DNA of 64,000 nt from Candidatus Omnitrophota bacterium (GTDB lineage: Bacteria > Omnitrophota > Gorgyraeia > Duberdicusellales > 4484-171): assembly GCA_021735655.1 (NCBI GenBank), contig JAIPGM010000001.1:161728-225727 (forward strand), in the 5' to 3' direction. Below are positions 29,352-40,300 of this stretch, in pieces; the stretch's first letter is position 1; every line of letters starts with the position of its first letter. The notes under the pieces are model-generated. The model did no database searches. It was not told the origin of the DNA and was given only the letters and a program-made list of their open reading frames with translations. Made by a program: the position numbers and the translations under genes.

Positions 29352-31070
29352 ATGAAGGCAATTAATGGTTTTTTTCTTGTGCTTTTATTACTTTTTCAAC
29401 CTTTCCTGACTTATGCCGAATGTCCCTGTGCAAAGAATAAGCCTAAGCATGGCGGAGATTTGGTGTTGTCTACGATAACTGACCCTAAATCATTTAATCC
29501 GATAGTTTCTAAAGAGGCTAATGTTGGGGCGGTTATGGGGTTAGTTTTTGAAGGGCTAACCCGTACTAATGGTGTGACAACTGAAGTTGAACCTAATCTT
29601 GCTTTGAACTGGGAAGTAGATGAAACCGGCAAAGTTTGGACCTTTAAGTTACGTGAAGATGTAAGCTGGGTAGATGGAGAACTATTTACTGCTGACGATG
29701 TTGTGTTTACCTTTAACCAGCTTATCTATAATCCGGATATCGATACCAGCGCTCGAGATATCTTTACTATTGAAGGGAAAATTTTTAAGGTTGAAAAAAT
29801 CGATAAATTTACCGTAAGATTTACTTTGCCGGTTAAGTTTGCTCCCTTTTTGCGTTCAATGGGCCATGAGATTATGCCAAAGCATCTCTTAGAAGATGTG
29901 GTTAAACAAGGAAAATTTAACTCTCATTGGGGCTTGGACGCTAAACTTGAAACTATTGTTGGGACCGGTCCCTATATGCTTTCAAAGTACTTACCTAGTG
30001 AGCGGATAATTTTAATTAGGAATCCCAACTACTGGCGAAAGGATAAACAGAAAAAAAGATTGCCCTATATTGAAAAAATAACTTACTTAATCGTTCAAAA
30101 TCAAGATGTAGCTCTCCTAAAGTTTCAGCAGGCTGAGATTGACTACTATGGCCTTCGTGGTCCTGATTATCCAATTTTAAAGCCTCAGGAGAAGGAAGGT
30201 AATTTTACGGTTTATAATACTGGACTGGGCTTTAGTACTAATTTTTTAGTTTTTAATCAAAATCCTGGAAAAAATCCAAAAACTAAACAGCCTTATCTTG
30301 CCCCGGATAAATTAAAATGGTTTAGTGATGTAAAGTTTAGAAGAGCGGTTGCACACGCTATTGATAAAGAGTCGATAGTTAATATTGTAATGAATGGCCT
30401 AGGCGCTCCTCAATATTCGGCGATGAGCCCATCAAGTGGATTTTTCCATAATCCTAATGTAGAAAAGTACGATTATAGCTTGGCGAAAGCCAAAGAGTTA
30501 CTTAAAGAAATCGGCATAGTAGACCGCGACGATGATGGTAAAGTTGAAGATTCAAAAGGTAATAAAATCCAGTTCAACCTCTTTACTAATGCCGAGAATA
30601 CTCAAAGGATAACAATAGCTAATATTATCAAAAAAGATCTTGAGCAGCTTGGCTTTATAATAAATTTTGTACCGCTTAGTTTCAATCAGCTAGCTAGTAA
30701 ATTTGATTCTACTTACGACTGGGATGCAATAATTTTAGGGTTTACCGGCGGAATCGAACCGCATTTTGGAAGTAATGTTTGGCAGTCAAGTGGGCATCTC
30801 CATGCTTGGTATCCAAAACAGAAAAAACCAGCTACAAAGTGGGAAGCTGAAATTGATGATATTTTTAATCAAGGGGTTCAGGAATTAGATCGGGAGAAAC
30901 GAAAAGTTTTTTATGATCGCTGGCAGGAAATAGTTGCCGAGGAGTTACCGTTGATCTATACAGTACTACCTTCAAGCATATTTGCCGTAAGAAATAAGTT
31001 TGGCAATTTAAATCCTACTCCTTATGGAGGAGCTTTTCATAACTTAGAAGAAATCTATATAAAAAAATAA
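29352..31070 (+). CDS. ABC transporter substrate-binding protein, family 5 (OppA/DppA-like peptide or nickel binding).
   Basis: N-terminal signal peptide (MKAINGFFLVLLLLFQPFLTYA). The length is 572 aa. It is followed by two permeases and two ATPases in the classic Opp gene order. The start lies 40 nt after the giant-ORF stop. Confidence 0.75.
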   Translation: MKAINGFFLVLLLLFQPFLTYAECPCAKNKPKHGGDLVLSTITDPKSFNPIVSKEANVGAVMGLVFEGLTRTNGVTTEVEPNLALNWEVDETGKVWTFKLREDVSWVDGELFTADDVVFTFNQLIYNPDIDTSARDIFTIEGKIFKVEKIDKFTVRFTLPVKFAPFLRSMGHEIMPKHLLEDVVKQGKFNSHWGLDAKLETIVGTGPYMLSKYLPSERIILIRNPNYWRKDKQKKRLPYIEKITYLIVQNQDVALLKFQQAEIDYYGLRGPDYPILKPQEKEGNFTVYNTGLGFSTNFLVFNQNPGKNPKTKQPYLAPDKLKWFSDVKFRRAVAHAIDKESIVNIVMNGLGAPQYSAMSPSSGFFHNPNVEKYDYSLAKAKELLKEIGIVDRDDDGKVEDSKGNKIQFNLFTNAENTQRITIANIIKKDLEQLGFIINFVPLSFNQLASKFDSTYDWDAIILGFTGGIEPHFGSNVWQSSGHLHAWYPKQKKPATKWEAEIDDIFNQGVQELDREKRKVFYDRWQEIVAEELPLIYTVLPSSIFAVRNKFGNLNPTPYGGAFHNLEEIYIKK

Positions 31071-32036
31071 ATGACTGCTTATATTATCCGTCGCCTGCTT
31101 CTATTTATCCCATTACTTTTAATAATTACCTTTATCGGCTTTGCTTGTATTAATCTTGCTCCCGGTAATTACTTTGATAGCTTAAAGCAAAATCCCCAAG
31201 TATCCGAAGATACAATTAAGCAGTATGAAGCTAAATATCATTTAGACAAGAATGTTTTTATTCAGTATTATTATTGGTTAGCTAATGTAGCTCGGCTTGA
31301 CTTTGGATACTCTTTTACTTATAAGATACCGGTTTTTAAGCTCTTGAAGCTACGGATGTTTAATACAATCATTTTGTCGCTCTCGGTGCTTATTTTCAGT
31401 TGGTTAATTGCTATACCTTTGGGAATTTATTGTGCGGTTAATCAATATAAGTTTAGCGATAAGTTTTTTTCTTTTCTTTCATTCATCGGTCTTTCAATTC
31501 CTAATTTTTTCTTTGCTCTCTTACTTTTATATCTAGCTTCGGTAACTGGAATATTACCTTCAGGCGGAATGCATTCCTTGGGTTATGAAAATCTAAGTCG
31601 CCTCGGAAAGATTTTTGATGTACTTAAACATTTAATTATTCCAACCTTAGTTATTGGTACGTCAAGTATTGCCGGACTGCAGCGTCTTATGCGGGGAAAT
31701 ATGCTCGAAGTCCTTAGAGCTCAGTATATTACAACAGCCAGAGCTAAAGGCTTGCCAGAGCGCAGAGTCATCTATGTCCATGCAGTAAGAAATGCTATTA
31801 ATCCGATGGTTACTATGTTTGGCGGAACTTTAGCCGGGCTTTTAAGCGGTGCAGCCTTAACCGAGATAATCTGCAGCTGGCCGGGGTTGGGTCAGTTGAT
31901 GCTTGAAGCAGTAAGGAGCCAGGATTTATTTTTATTCGTTGGGGATCTGTTGATGATTAGTTTTCTTTTGATTACTGGATATTTAATTGCCGATATATTA
32001 TTAGCCTGGGTAGATCCGCGAATTCAGTATCAATAG
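31071..32036 (+). CDS. ABC transporter permease (OppB/DppB-like).
   Basis: Polytopic membrane protein with the binding-protein-dependent transport EAA-like region (ARAKGLPERRVIYVHAVRNAINP). It starts directly after the upstream TAA stop. Confidence 0.8.
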   Translation: MTAYIIRRLLLFIPLLLIITFIGFACINLAPGNYFDSLKQNPQVSEDTIKQYEAKYHLDKNVFIQYYYWLANVARLDFGYSFTYKIPVFKLLKLRMFNTIILSLSVLIFSWLIAIPLGIYCAVNQYKFSDKFFSFLSFIGLSIPNFFFALLLLYLASVTGILPSGGMHSLGYENLSRLGKIFDVLKHLIIPTLVIGTSSIAGLQRLMRGNMLEVLRAQYITTARAKGLPERRVIYVHAVRNAINPMVTMFGGTLAGLLSGAALTEIICSWPGLGQLMLEAVRSQDLFLFVGDLLMISFLLITGYLIADILLAWVDPRIQYQ

Positions 32037-32064
32037 AACGATAAGTTAAGATTGAACAATAAAG

Positions 32065-33159
32065 ATGAAAAAAGAAAATTCCAGCAATTTAACTAAAGGA
32101 ATTCGCAAATTAAAAAGACACGGCTTGGCCATGGTTGCCTTTTGGACCATAGTGGCTTTATATCTATCGGCTGTCTTTGCCGGGTTTATTGCTCCTTATC
32201 ATTATGATAATGAGGAAAGAACTTTAAGCTATGCTCCGCCGGTAAAAATTCACATTATTGATCAAAGCGGTCGCTTGCAGAGACCGTTTGTCTATAAAAG
32301 AACTTTTGAGTTTGACGAGTTTTATAATCGTGTATATAAGGAAGATAGAGCTAAAATGTATCCGATTAAATTTTTTACCAAAGGAGATAAATATAGCATT
32401 CTTTGGTTAGTTAAGAGCAACCGGCATCTTTTTGGCGTTGAAAATGAGGCGAGAATTTATCTTTGGGGTGCTGATTCACGCGGTCGGGATATTTTTTCAC
32501 GCATATTCTACGGTGGACAAATCTCTCTTTCGATTGGTTTTGTCGGAGTGATCATCGCTTTATTATTGGGTTTGTTTTTTGGCGGAATTTCCGGTTACTT
32601 TAGGGGAAAGACCGATACGATTATCATGCGGGTCTGTGAAGTTATTATGATGATTCCGGGATTTTATTTGATGCTGTCTTTGCGGAGTATATTTTCCTAT
32701 TCTTTGACTTCTCTACAGATTTACTTTGCTTTGGTTTGCATAATGTCCTTTATCGGCTGGCCGGGCTTAGCCCGGGTTATCCGGGGGATGAGTCTTTCTC
32801 TGCGTGAGCGGGAGTTTGTTTTGGCGGCTAGGGCTTTGGGAGTTTCTGACTTGAAAATTATTTGGCGCCATATTATCCCGCATACCTTTTCTTATTTAGT
32901 AGTTGCAGTATCACTCTCAATACCAGGATATATTTTAGGTGAATCAGCGATAAGTTTATTAGGTTTGGGTATTCAAGATCCTTACGCCAGCTGGGGAAAT
33001 ATGTTAAGTGAGTCAATGGCTATTGCTCAGATTAAATTTCACCCTTGGATATTAATACCGGGTGTATTTATTTTTATTACCGTAATGGCCTTTAATCTTT
33101 TGGGTGATGGTTTGCGTGATGTTTTTGATCCGAAGATGACTATTGGTCGGAAATTTTAG
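32065..33159 (+). CDS. ABC transporter permease (OppC/DppC-like).
   Basis: Membrane protein with the permease signature ARALGVSDLKIIWRHIIPH. The extended N-terminal region is typical of OppC. Confidence 0.8.
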   Translation: MKKENSSNLTKGIRKLKRHGLAMVAFWTIVALYLSAVFAGFIAPYHYDNEERTLSYAPPVKIHIIDQSGRLQRPFVYKRTFEFDEFYNRVYKEDRAKMYPIKFFTKGDKYSILWLVKSNRHLFGVENEARIYLWGADSRGRDIFSRIFYGGQISLSIGFVGVIIALLLGLFFGGISGYFRGKTDTIIMRVCEVIMMIPGFYLMLSLRSIFSYSLTSLQIYFALVCIMSFIGWPGLARVIRGMSLSLREREFVLAARALGVSDLKIIWRHIIPHTFSYLVVAVSLSIPGYILGESAISLLGLGIQDPYASWGNMLSESMAIAQIKFHPWILIPGVFIFITVMAFNLLGDGLRDVFDPKMTIGRKF

Positions 33160-33174
33160 CTTTTTAATTTTAAT

Positions 33175-34140
33175 ATGGAAAATATATTAGAGATCAAGAA
33201 TCTGCACACTTATTTTTACACTGAAGACTCAGTCGTTAAGGCGGTAGAGGGGTTGAACCTTTCGGTGAAGAGGAACGAGGCTTTGGGCTTGGTCGGTGAA
33301 TCAGCCTGCGGAAAAAGTGTTACCGCTAGTTCAGTGATGCGCTTGATTCAGCCACCGGGTAAGAGTGTTAACGGCGAAATTATTTTTGAAGGGAACGATA
33401 TTCTAAAGCTATTTCAAAATCAGATGCAAAAAATTAGAGGTAAGGATATCGCGATTATCTTTCAAGAGCCGTTTATGGCATTGAATCCGGTATATCGAAT
33501 TGGTTTTCAAATTGGCGAGGCTATTGGCTTTCATCAAAAAGGGGTATCAAAGGAGACCAAAGAGAAAAAAGTTATTGATCTTTTGAACAAAGTTGGAATT
33601 CCTGATCCAAAGTCAAGGCTAAATGATTACCCGCATAATTTAAGTGGCGGCCAAGCTCAAAGAGTAGTAATCGCAATGAGCCTATCTTGTGAGCCTAAGT
33701 TAATTATTGCCGATGAACCAACTACCAGCCTAGATGTAACCATCCAGGCTCAAATAATGGAGCTTTTGCTTAAGTTAAAAAAAGAGAGTAATTTTACTTT
33801 TATTTTAATAACCCACAATCTAGCTCTTTGTTCAGAGGTAGTTGACCGGATAGCAATAATGTATGCTGGCCGGATAGTTGAATTGGCTAAAACAGAAGAA
33901 ATATTTAAAAATCCCTTACATCCTTACACTCAGGCTTTGTTTTCATCTATCCCCAGGGGTGATTGTATTAAAAAGAAACTAAAAGTTATTGAAGGTTCAG
34001 TGGCAGATCCGGCTAGTAAACCTTTAGGCTGTCATTTCAATCCGCGTTGTCCAAAGAAAAAAGATAATTGTCTAAGCCAGTATCCGGAATATAAAGAGAT
34101 TAGTCCAGGGCATTGGGTGAGTTGTCACTATGTGAAGTAG
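33175..34140 (+). CDS. ABC transporter ATP-binding protein (OppD/DppD-like).
   Basis: Walker A GESACGKS, signature LSGGQAQRV and Walker B IIADEPTTSLD are all present. The C-terminal oligopeptide-transporter domain carries a Cys-rich tail (CHFNPRCP). Confidence 0.9.
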   Translation: MENILEIKNLHTYFYTEDSVVKAVEGLNLSVKRNEALGLVGESACGKSVTASSVMRLIQPPGKSVNGEIIFEGNDILKLFQNQMQKIRGKDIAIIFQEPFMALNPVYRIGFQIGEAIGFHQKGVSKETKEKKVIDLLNKVGIPDPKSRLNDYPHNLSGGQAQRVVIAMSLSCEPKLIIADEPTTSLDVTIQAQIMELLLKLKKESNFTFILITHNLALCSEVVDRIAIMYAGRIVELAKTEEIFKNPLHPYTQALFSSIPRGDCIKKKLKVIEGSVADPASKPLGCHFNPRCPKKKDNCLSQYPEYKEISPGHWVSCHYVK

Positions 34141-34146
34141 TAGACT

Positions 34147-35115
34147 ATGAGTGCAATATTAGAAGTTAAAAATTTAAAGAAATATTATCCGATCAAAAGA
34201 GGTTTGTTTTATAAGACGGTTGGTTGGCTGAAAGCAGTTGATCGGGTGAGTTTTTCTCTTGAGCGGGGGAAAACTTTAGCTTTAGTCGGTGAGTCTGGTT
34301 GTGGAAAAACCACTCTGGCTAGATCAATAGCTAAGCTAATTGAGCTGGACTCAGGCGAGATTAACTTTCTCGGTCATCAAATAACTAATATGACCGCAAG
34401 CCAGATGAGGCCGTTGCGTCGAGATTTGCAGATTATTTTTCAAGATCCGTTTAACTCTTTAGATCCCCGTTTTACGGTAGCTAAAATTATTCAGGAAGGG
34501 CTAGCTGCTTTACATAGCGTAAAATCAAAACAGGAGATACTTGATTTATCAAAGAAGATGCTTGATCGGGTGGGTTTACCAGAGAATTGTTTAACTCTTT
34601 ATCCGCATGAGTTTAGTGGCGGACAGCGCCAAAGAATTAGTATTGCCCGTTCATTAATTCTTAATCCGCAACTACTTATTCTTGATGAACCAGTTTCAAG
34701 TTTGGATGTTTCTATCCAGGCCCAGATCATTAATTTATTGCTAGAGTTACAGGAAAGGTTTAAACTTACTTATTTATTTATTGCCCATGATTTAAATGTA
34801 GTTAGGTGCGTCAGCGATGAGGTATGTGTGATGTATTTAGGAAAAATAGTTGAGCGAGCTCAGTCAAAAGAGTTGTTTGGGAATCCACTACATCCCTACA
34901 CTGAGACTTTGCTTGCGGCATCACCGCAGCTAGAGGTTAAGAAAATAAAAAGAGTTCATATTGCTAGTGACACTAAGGATCAGCCAAGGTCAAAAGGGTG
35001 CTCATTTTATTCTCGTTGCAGTTTTCGTTCTGATGGCTGTCGCAAAAAGCCACCGGAGTTAAGAGAGGTAAGTAGCGGCCATTGGCTTAGTTGTTTTAGG
35101 TCAAGCTTGCCATAA
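34147..35115 (+). CDS. ABC transporter ATP-binding protein (OppF/DppF-like).
   Basis: Walker A GESGCGKTT, signature FSGGQRQRI and Walker B LILDEPVSSLD are present. The C-terminal Cys-containing tail is typical of OppF. Confidence 0.9.
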   Translation: MSAILEVKNLKKYYPIKRGLFYKTVGWLKAVDRVSFSLERGKTLALVGESGCGKTTLARSIAKLIELDSGEINFLGHQITNMTASQMRPLRRDLQIIFQDPFNSLDPRFTVAKIIQEGLAALHSVKSKQEILDLSKKMLDRVGLPENCLTLYPHEFSGGQRQRISIARSLILNPQLLILDEPVSSLDVSIQAQIINLLLELQERFKLTYLFIAHDLNVVRCVSDEVCVMYLGKIVERAQSKELFGNPLHPYTETLLAASPQLEVKKIKRVHIASDTKDQPRSKGCSFYSRCSFRSDGCRKKPPELREVSSGHWLSCFRSSLP

Positions 35116-35197
35116 AACCGCGCCTTTTTCAGGACTTTTCTTTTTATTCTATTGATTTTTTTCCTTCGCTATTGATTTGTAATTTGGTTGGAATTCA

Positions 35198-35215
35198 TTG
35201 AATTTAATGTATAAT
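35198..35215 (+). promoter_or_regulatory. Putative sigma70-like promoter with an extended -10 (TGTATAAT), in the 143-nt AT-rich gap ahead of the glf-like gene.
   Basis: TTGAAT at about 35198 and TGTATAAT at about 35208..35215. The -35/-10 spacing is non-canonical, so the call rests mainly on the extended -10. This is the only sizeable intergenic gap in the downstream operon. Confidence 0.2.
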
Positions 35216-35258
35216 AATTAAGATAATATCAATAAGGCTTTCTAAAGGGGCCTTTGTC

Positions 35259-36566
35259 TTGAAATTACCAATGAAAAGAAAGAGAATCCTGATTGTCGGA
35301 GGCGGGTTAGCCGGCTTAAGTGCTGCCTATTTTTTGGGTAAGCAGGGCCAAGCGGTATCTGTCTTTGAAAGAGAGAAAGAATGTGGAGGATTGTGCCGTT
35401 CAATAAAAAAGAATGGCTTTACCTTTGATTTTGGAGGTCATCTTCTGCACTTCCGAAGAAAGGATATTTTTCTGCTGGTCAAGAGACTTCTTAAGGGCAA
35501 TTTGCTAAAACATAAAAGAAGTGCCTGGGTTGATACTCATCAACGTTTATTGCCTTATCCGTTTCAGGCTAATCTTTTCGGTCTGCCTAAAAATATAGCT
35601 GCAGAATGCCTTCAAAACTTTATTGAGGTTAATACTAATGGACAAAAAACTGCTAAAACCAATAATTTTCGGGATTGGATAGATAGCAATTTTGGTAAAG
35701 GGATTGCCAGGCATTTTATGGTTCCTTATAACCTTAAATTTTGGAAAATGCCCTTAGAAAACCTTTCTTATGAATGGGCAGAGCGATTCGTAGTTCTTCC
35801 TTCGCGTAAAGATGTTGTTGAGGGGGCCATTGGAAGCCGAAGTAATAATTTAGGGTATAATTCCTTTTTTTGGTACCCTAAGCAAGGCGGAATAGAAGAG
35901 TTGATAAAGTCTTTTTCCGGTAGGGTGGATGATATTTTTTTAAATTCCGAAGCAGCAGAAATCGACCTAAAGAATAAAGCAGTAAGGTTTAAGAATGGTT
36001 CCAAAGAGAAATTTGACATTTTAGTTTCTACCATACCTTTACCCGAGCTTGGCAAAATTATTAAAGGATTGCCAAAAGATATTTTATCTGAATTTAGAAG
36101 ATTAAACTGGCTATCTATTTATAATATAAATCTAGGGGTAAAAGGAAATATTAGGCCAGGACAACACTGGATTTACTTTCCGAGAAAAGATAGTTCCTTT
36201 TTTAGAGTCGGATTTTTTAATAACTTTTCATCGCAGCTTGCGCCACGAGGCATGAGCTCTTTATATGCCGAAGCTTCATATCTCGGTGGTTCTGCGATAA
36301 GTAAGTCAAGGCTTGCCACGGCGATAAAAAAAGATTTAGCCAGAGCCGGAATTCTCGGAAAGGATAATTCTACTTGTTGCGAATACACGAATGATATAGA
36401 TTACGCTTATCCGATTTATGATAAGAATTATAGGACAGCCAGGCATAGAATTTTTAAGTTTTTGTCGAAAAACAAGGTTGTTTCGGTCGGCCGTTATGGC
36501 GGTTGGCAATACCTATCTATGGAGGATGTTATTTTGGAGGCCCAAGCTACGGCTAGGAGTATATAA
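35259..36566 (+). CDS. UDP-galactopyranose mutase-like FAD-dependent oxidoreductase. The true start is probably the ATG at about 35271.
   Basis: The N-terminal Rossmann motif ILIVGGGLAGLSAAYFL...VFEREKECGG is present. YNLKFWKMPLENL resembles the UGM block YT.KQWG..P.EL. The C-terminus SVGRYGGWQYLSMEDVILEA resembles UGM VGRLGTYRYLDMD.TI..AL. Confidence 0.6.
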   Translation: MKLPMKRKRILIVGGGLAGLSAAYFLGKQGQAVSVFEREKECGGLCRSIKKNGFTFDFGGHLLHFRRKDIFLLVKRLLKGNLLKHKRSAWVDTHQRLLPYPFQANLFGLPKNIAAECLQNFIEVNTNGQKTAKTNNFRDWIDSNFGKGIARHFMVPYNLKFWKMPLENLSYEWAERFVVLPSRKDVVEGAIGSRSNNLGYNSFFWYPKQGGIEELIKSFSGRVDDIFLNSEAAEIDLKNKAVRFKNGSKEKFDILVSTIPLPELGKIIKGLPKDILSEFRRLNWLSIYNINLGVKGNIRPGQHWIYFPRKDSSFFRVGFFNNFSSQLAPRGMSSLYAEASYLGGSAISKSRLATAIKKDLARAGILGKDNSTCCEYTNDIDYAYPIYDKNYRTARHRIFKFLSKNKVVSVGRYGGWQYLSMEDVILEAQATARSI

Positions 36567-37349
36567 ATGAAGTTTAGAAAAAGAATAAAAAATGTATTTT
36601 TCCATAAATCCATTTTGTGGGAGATGTCGATTAAGCAGCTTAAGGCAAAGTATTCTGGTTCTATGTTGGGTATTTGGTGGGCAGTGGCGACCCCTCTTAT
36701 TCTGGCTGTAAGTATTAATTTTATTTTTACTAATGTATTTAAGGTGGGTATTGAAAATTTTACCTTTTTTGTTTTATCAGGGATAGTCCCTTGGCTATTG
36801 TTCTCTAATGCTATAAACGAAGCCGCCGGGTCTTTTATTGCCAATTTTTCGGTATTAAGGCAGGCCATTTTTCCTCGAGAGTTTGTTCCAATGACTTCGA
36901 TTATCTCTAATTTTTTAATTTTTCTGATCGGTTTATTGATTCTGCTTCCTTTTTTTATTGTTTCTAATCCGAGGGTAATTACGGTTTTGCCGTTTCTGTT
37001 GGTAGTTTTATTTTTTTATTTATTTTTTCTTGTCGGGCTTGCTATGATTTTTTCATCTTTAAATGTTTTCTTTCGTGATGTATCCCATCTTTTAGCTATC
37101 GGGTTAATGGTTTGGTTTTGGGTTACGCCTATTTTTTACTCTTTGGATATGTTACCGGCTTCATTTCGCTGGATCTGCTTAAGTAATCCAGTTACTTACT
37201 ATGTAGTTTCTTATAGATTAATTTTGTTTGAAGCGAAGCCGTTATCCCTTCCAATTTTGTTAACTTTATTTTTTATTTCCTTTACGTCATTCATCGTTGG
37301 TTATGCCTTTTTCCTTAAAAATGAAAATAGTTTATTAAAACGAGTATGA
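36567..37349 (+). CDS. ABC-2 type transporter permease (Wzm/KpsM/TagG-like).
   Basis: Six-helix ABC-2 topology, 260 aa. Its stop overlaps the start of the downstream ATPase (ATGA coupling). Confidence 0.75.
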   Translation: MKFRKRIKNVFFHKSILWEMSIKQLKAKYSGSMLGIWWAVATPLILAVSINFIFTNVFKVGIENFTFFVLSGIVPWLLFSNAINEAAGSFIANFSVLRQAIFPREFVPMTSIISNFLIFLIGLLILLPFFIVSNPRVITVLPFLLVVLFFYLFFLVGLAMIFSSLNVFFRDVSHLLAIGLMVWFWVTPIFYSLDMLPASFRWICLSNPVTYYVVSYRLILFEAKPLSLPILLTLFFISFTSFIVGYAFFLKNENSLLKRV

Positions 37350-40300
37350 GGATAATAGAATTTAATAATGTTTGGGAGAAGTACCGGATTAAATTTGTAA
37401 GGGACAGGAAAGTTTCTTGGGAAGAAATTTGGGCTTTAAGCAATATAGACTTTACAGTTAATAAGGGTGAAGTTATAGGAATAATTGGTGAAAATGGTGC
37501 CGGAAAAACTACTTTATTAAAATTAATCGCTGGCATGTTTGCTCCGGATAGAGGAGATATATCTGTTCGAGGAAAGGTATCGGTATTGATGGAGCTAGGG
37601 GCTGGTTTTAATCCTGAGTTTACCGGGAGGGAAAATGTTATTCTTAATGCCCGTATCTACGGGTTAGATACAGACATAGTTGAACAGCAAATGGAGAAAA
37701 TCGTCGAATTTGCTGATATTGGTAAATTTATCGATGCCCCGGTTAAATATTATTCACAGGGCATGTATACCCGTTTAGCATTTGCTTTGGCTATATTTGT
37801 AGAGCCGGATATTCTTTTAATTGATGATATTCTATCGGTAGGCGATGCTGACGCACAAAAGAAATGTATTGATAAAGTATTCAAGTTAAAGGAATCGGGA
37901 AAGACTATTATTTTAGTAAGTCATGACATGCATATGATAAGTAGGCTGTGCGATCGAGTTATCCTTTTGGATAAAGGTAAACTTATCGACAGAGGTAATC
38001 CCGCTGAGATTATCTATCATTACCTAGAGACTGTTGGGGATAAAAGTGGTATTGCAGTTTTAGAAAAGGATAAATTAAGATTAGTATTTAATAATGGGAG
38101 AATTACTTTTAGCTACGCAGGAGTGCCCCTTACTAAAGAATTTGGTGGTTATGTGGCTTATTTTGTTTCTTCCCTTGGTAGTTGGCTTTCTTCTTTTGAT
38201 TTATTCTGGAAGATAAGCCATTTTTCAGCTAATAAAATTGTTGCTGAGGGAGAATATAAAGGTAGAGGGCCTTCTCAGGTTTGGGTTTTGGAATTTTCTG
38301 AAAGCAGATTATGTTGGCAGGTGAAGATAAAAGACAAAGATGTAAGAGATCCGCATATAGATTTATTGCTTAACCCTCAATATAAAAAATGGTTAAATTT
38401 AGACCAAGGCGGGGGTTTTCCTTCCTTTATTTCTAAATCTACTTGGCAGAATTTGGGTTTAGCTAATTTTCCCCAAGCTATGGTCGGTTTAACCGCAGAC
38501 TTGGAAGTTAAGAGTTGTCCTTCTTTTGTTTTGACCGCAGAGGATAAGGATACTCAGATTAGACTTTTCAATACAGGTTATGACCAGGAAGGACGCATTA
38601 TTCAGTTGGATTTAAAGTTAGCCGGAGACAATCTATTTTTTCTTAAAATATTTCCTGAGAAAAATATATTTGAAGAGTATATTAAAAAAGAGAAAGATAT
38701 ATTTGAAGAGAGCATTAAAAAAGTAAACCAGCAACTAGCTTTAGAGAAAGAAGCGCAACAGGTCAGATTGCGGGATTTATCAACTTTTGCTTGGGGCAAT
38801 TTTAGTCTTTTTGCTGATAAGGAGGAAAAGTCTTTAAAGCTATACTTTAAGAATAAAGAAGTCACCAAAAAAGAAGGATTCCATATATCTTTTTTGATCA
38901 ATAATATCTGGTACGATACTACTTCTGCGGATTGGCAGATAACTAAAGAAAAGGAAGTTTTCATAATTAAACTATTTTGGAAAGTGTTTGATTTTAAACA
39001 AACTTGGAAATTTTCAGTTAAGAATGGGGGGCTTCTTTGGAATTTAAATTCCATCGTAAAGAAAACCTTCAATCCAGAGATTATGAAAATCGGTTTACTA
39101 TTAATAAGTGAGTACAAAACTTTCTTTTGCGGTTATCAGCAGGAAGATTTTCCAGATAAATTCAGCTCTTGGCAGGATATGTCTCTCAAAGACCCGAAAG
39201 CAAGATGTTTTGGTTTAAGAAAACAAACATCGTTACCGGCGATTGCTTTAGATAACAATGAAAGTTTTGATTGTATTGTACAGAACAGCGATGAAGAAAA
39301 TTCCTGTCGGGTACTACAGCTAAGCCTTCCCAGGCAAAGTTTTATTCAAAAAAATACATCTTTTGGTGTTCAACTTAGCCTGCTTGAAGAGGAAAGTCCC
39401 ATTGATCATTACCTTAAACAAGAAAGACAGGACCATTTACTTAGGCAACAAGAAGCAAAAAGATTGCTTAGCGCTAAAAGTACTATATCAAAAGATAATT
39501 TTCGTTTTTTTGTTGATAAGGAAGAAAAATCTTTAAGGATATACTTTAAGGACAAAGAGATTACTAAAGGGGCCGGTCTACATAGTTCATTATGCGTTTT
39601 CGGGAAGTGGTTTCATAGGGAGGAAACTAGGTGGCAGACAAAAAAGATTTCCGATGAAGAAGTAGTTTTAATTTTAAGTTATGACTCACTACCGCTTTTA
39701 CAAATTTTTTCTCTTAGTTTCAAAAGAAAGGGTATTCTAAGAGTTAAAGTCGAAATGGAAATAAGCGAGCAGATTCATTTGTCTGATCATCATCTGAAGC
39801 TTGAGCTTCAAGATGACTATAATAATTGGGATACTGGCTATGAGCAAGGCAATTTTTTTATTGATCGATATGTGGATGAGATCGGTCCGATTAGACTAAA
39901 AGATAATAGAATTTCGAATATACTATTGAGATCAAACAATGAAAGTAAAATTCCAAAAATGCTTTTGAAAATTATTTCCCAAATTGATAGACGAATTATA
40001 AACCTTTATAAGCGAAGAAGTGAAGATGGAGAATGCGTTGGCCTTTGCTCTCCTTTGATTGTATCTAAAAAAGAAGAACTGGTTAAACCTGGAAAGTATA
40101 CTTATTTCGAAGGAGAAATCATATTTGGAAAAGAAGCTAAATTAGAAAGAGAAGCTTCTAGGGTAGATATTGTCGAGCTTAAAAAAGATGATATAAGATT
40201 TGTTTTTGATCGTGGCAGAGTTAAAATTTTCTGGAAGGAAGAAGAGTTAACTTCGGAATTAGGAATTTATACCTCATTGCGTTCAAAAGGAATCTGGCAG

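Noticed and set aside
35116-35258. Rho-independent terminator after the Opp ATPase gene.
   Set aside because: Only a short GC-poor self-complementary stretch (CCGCGCC) precedes the T-run. There is no convincing stem-loop, so I left it unannotated.
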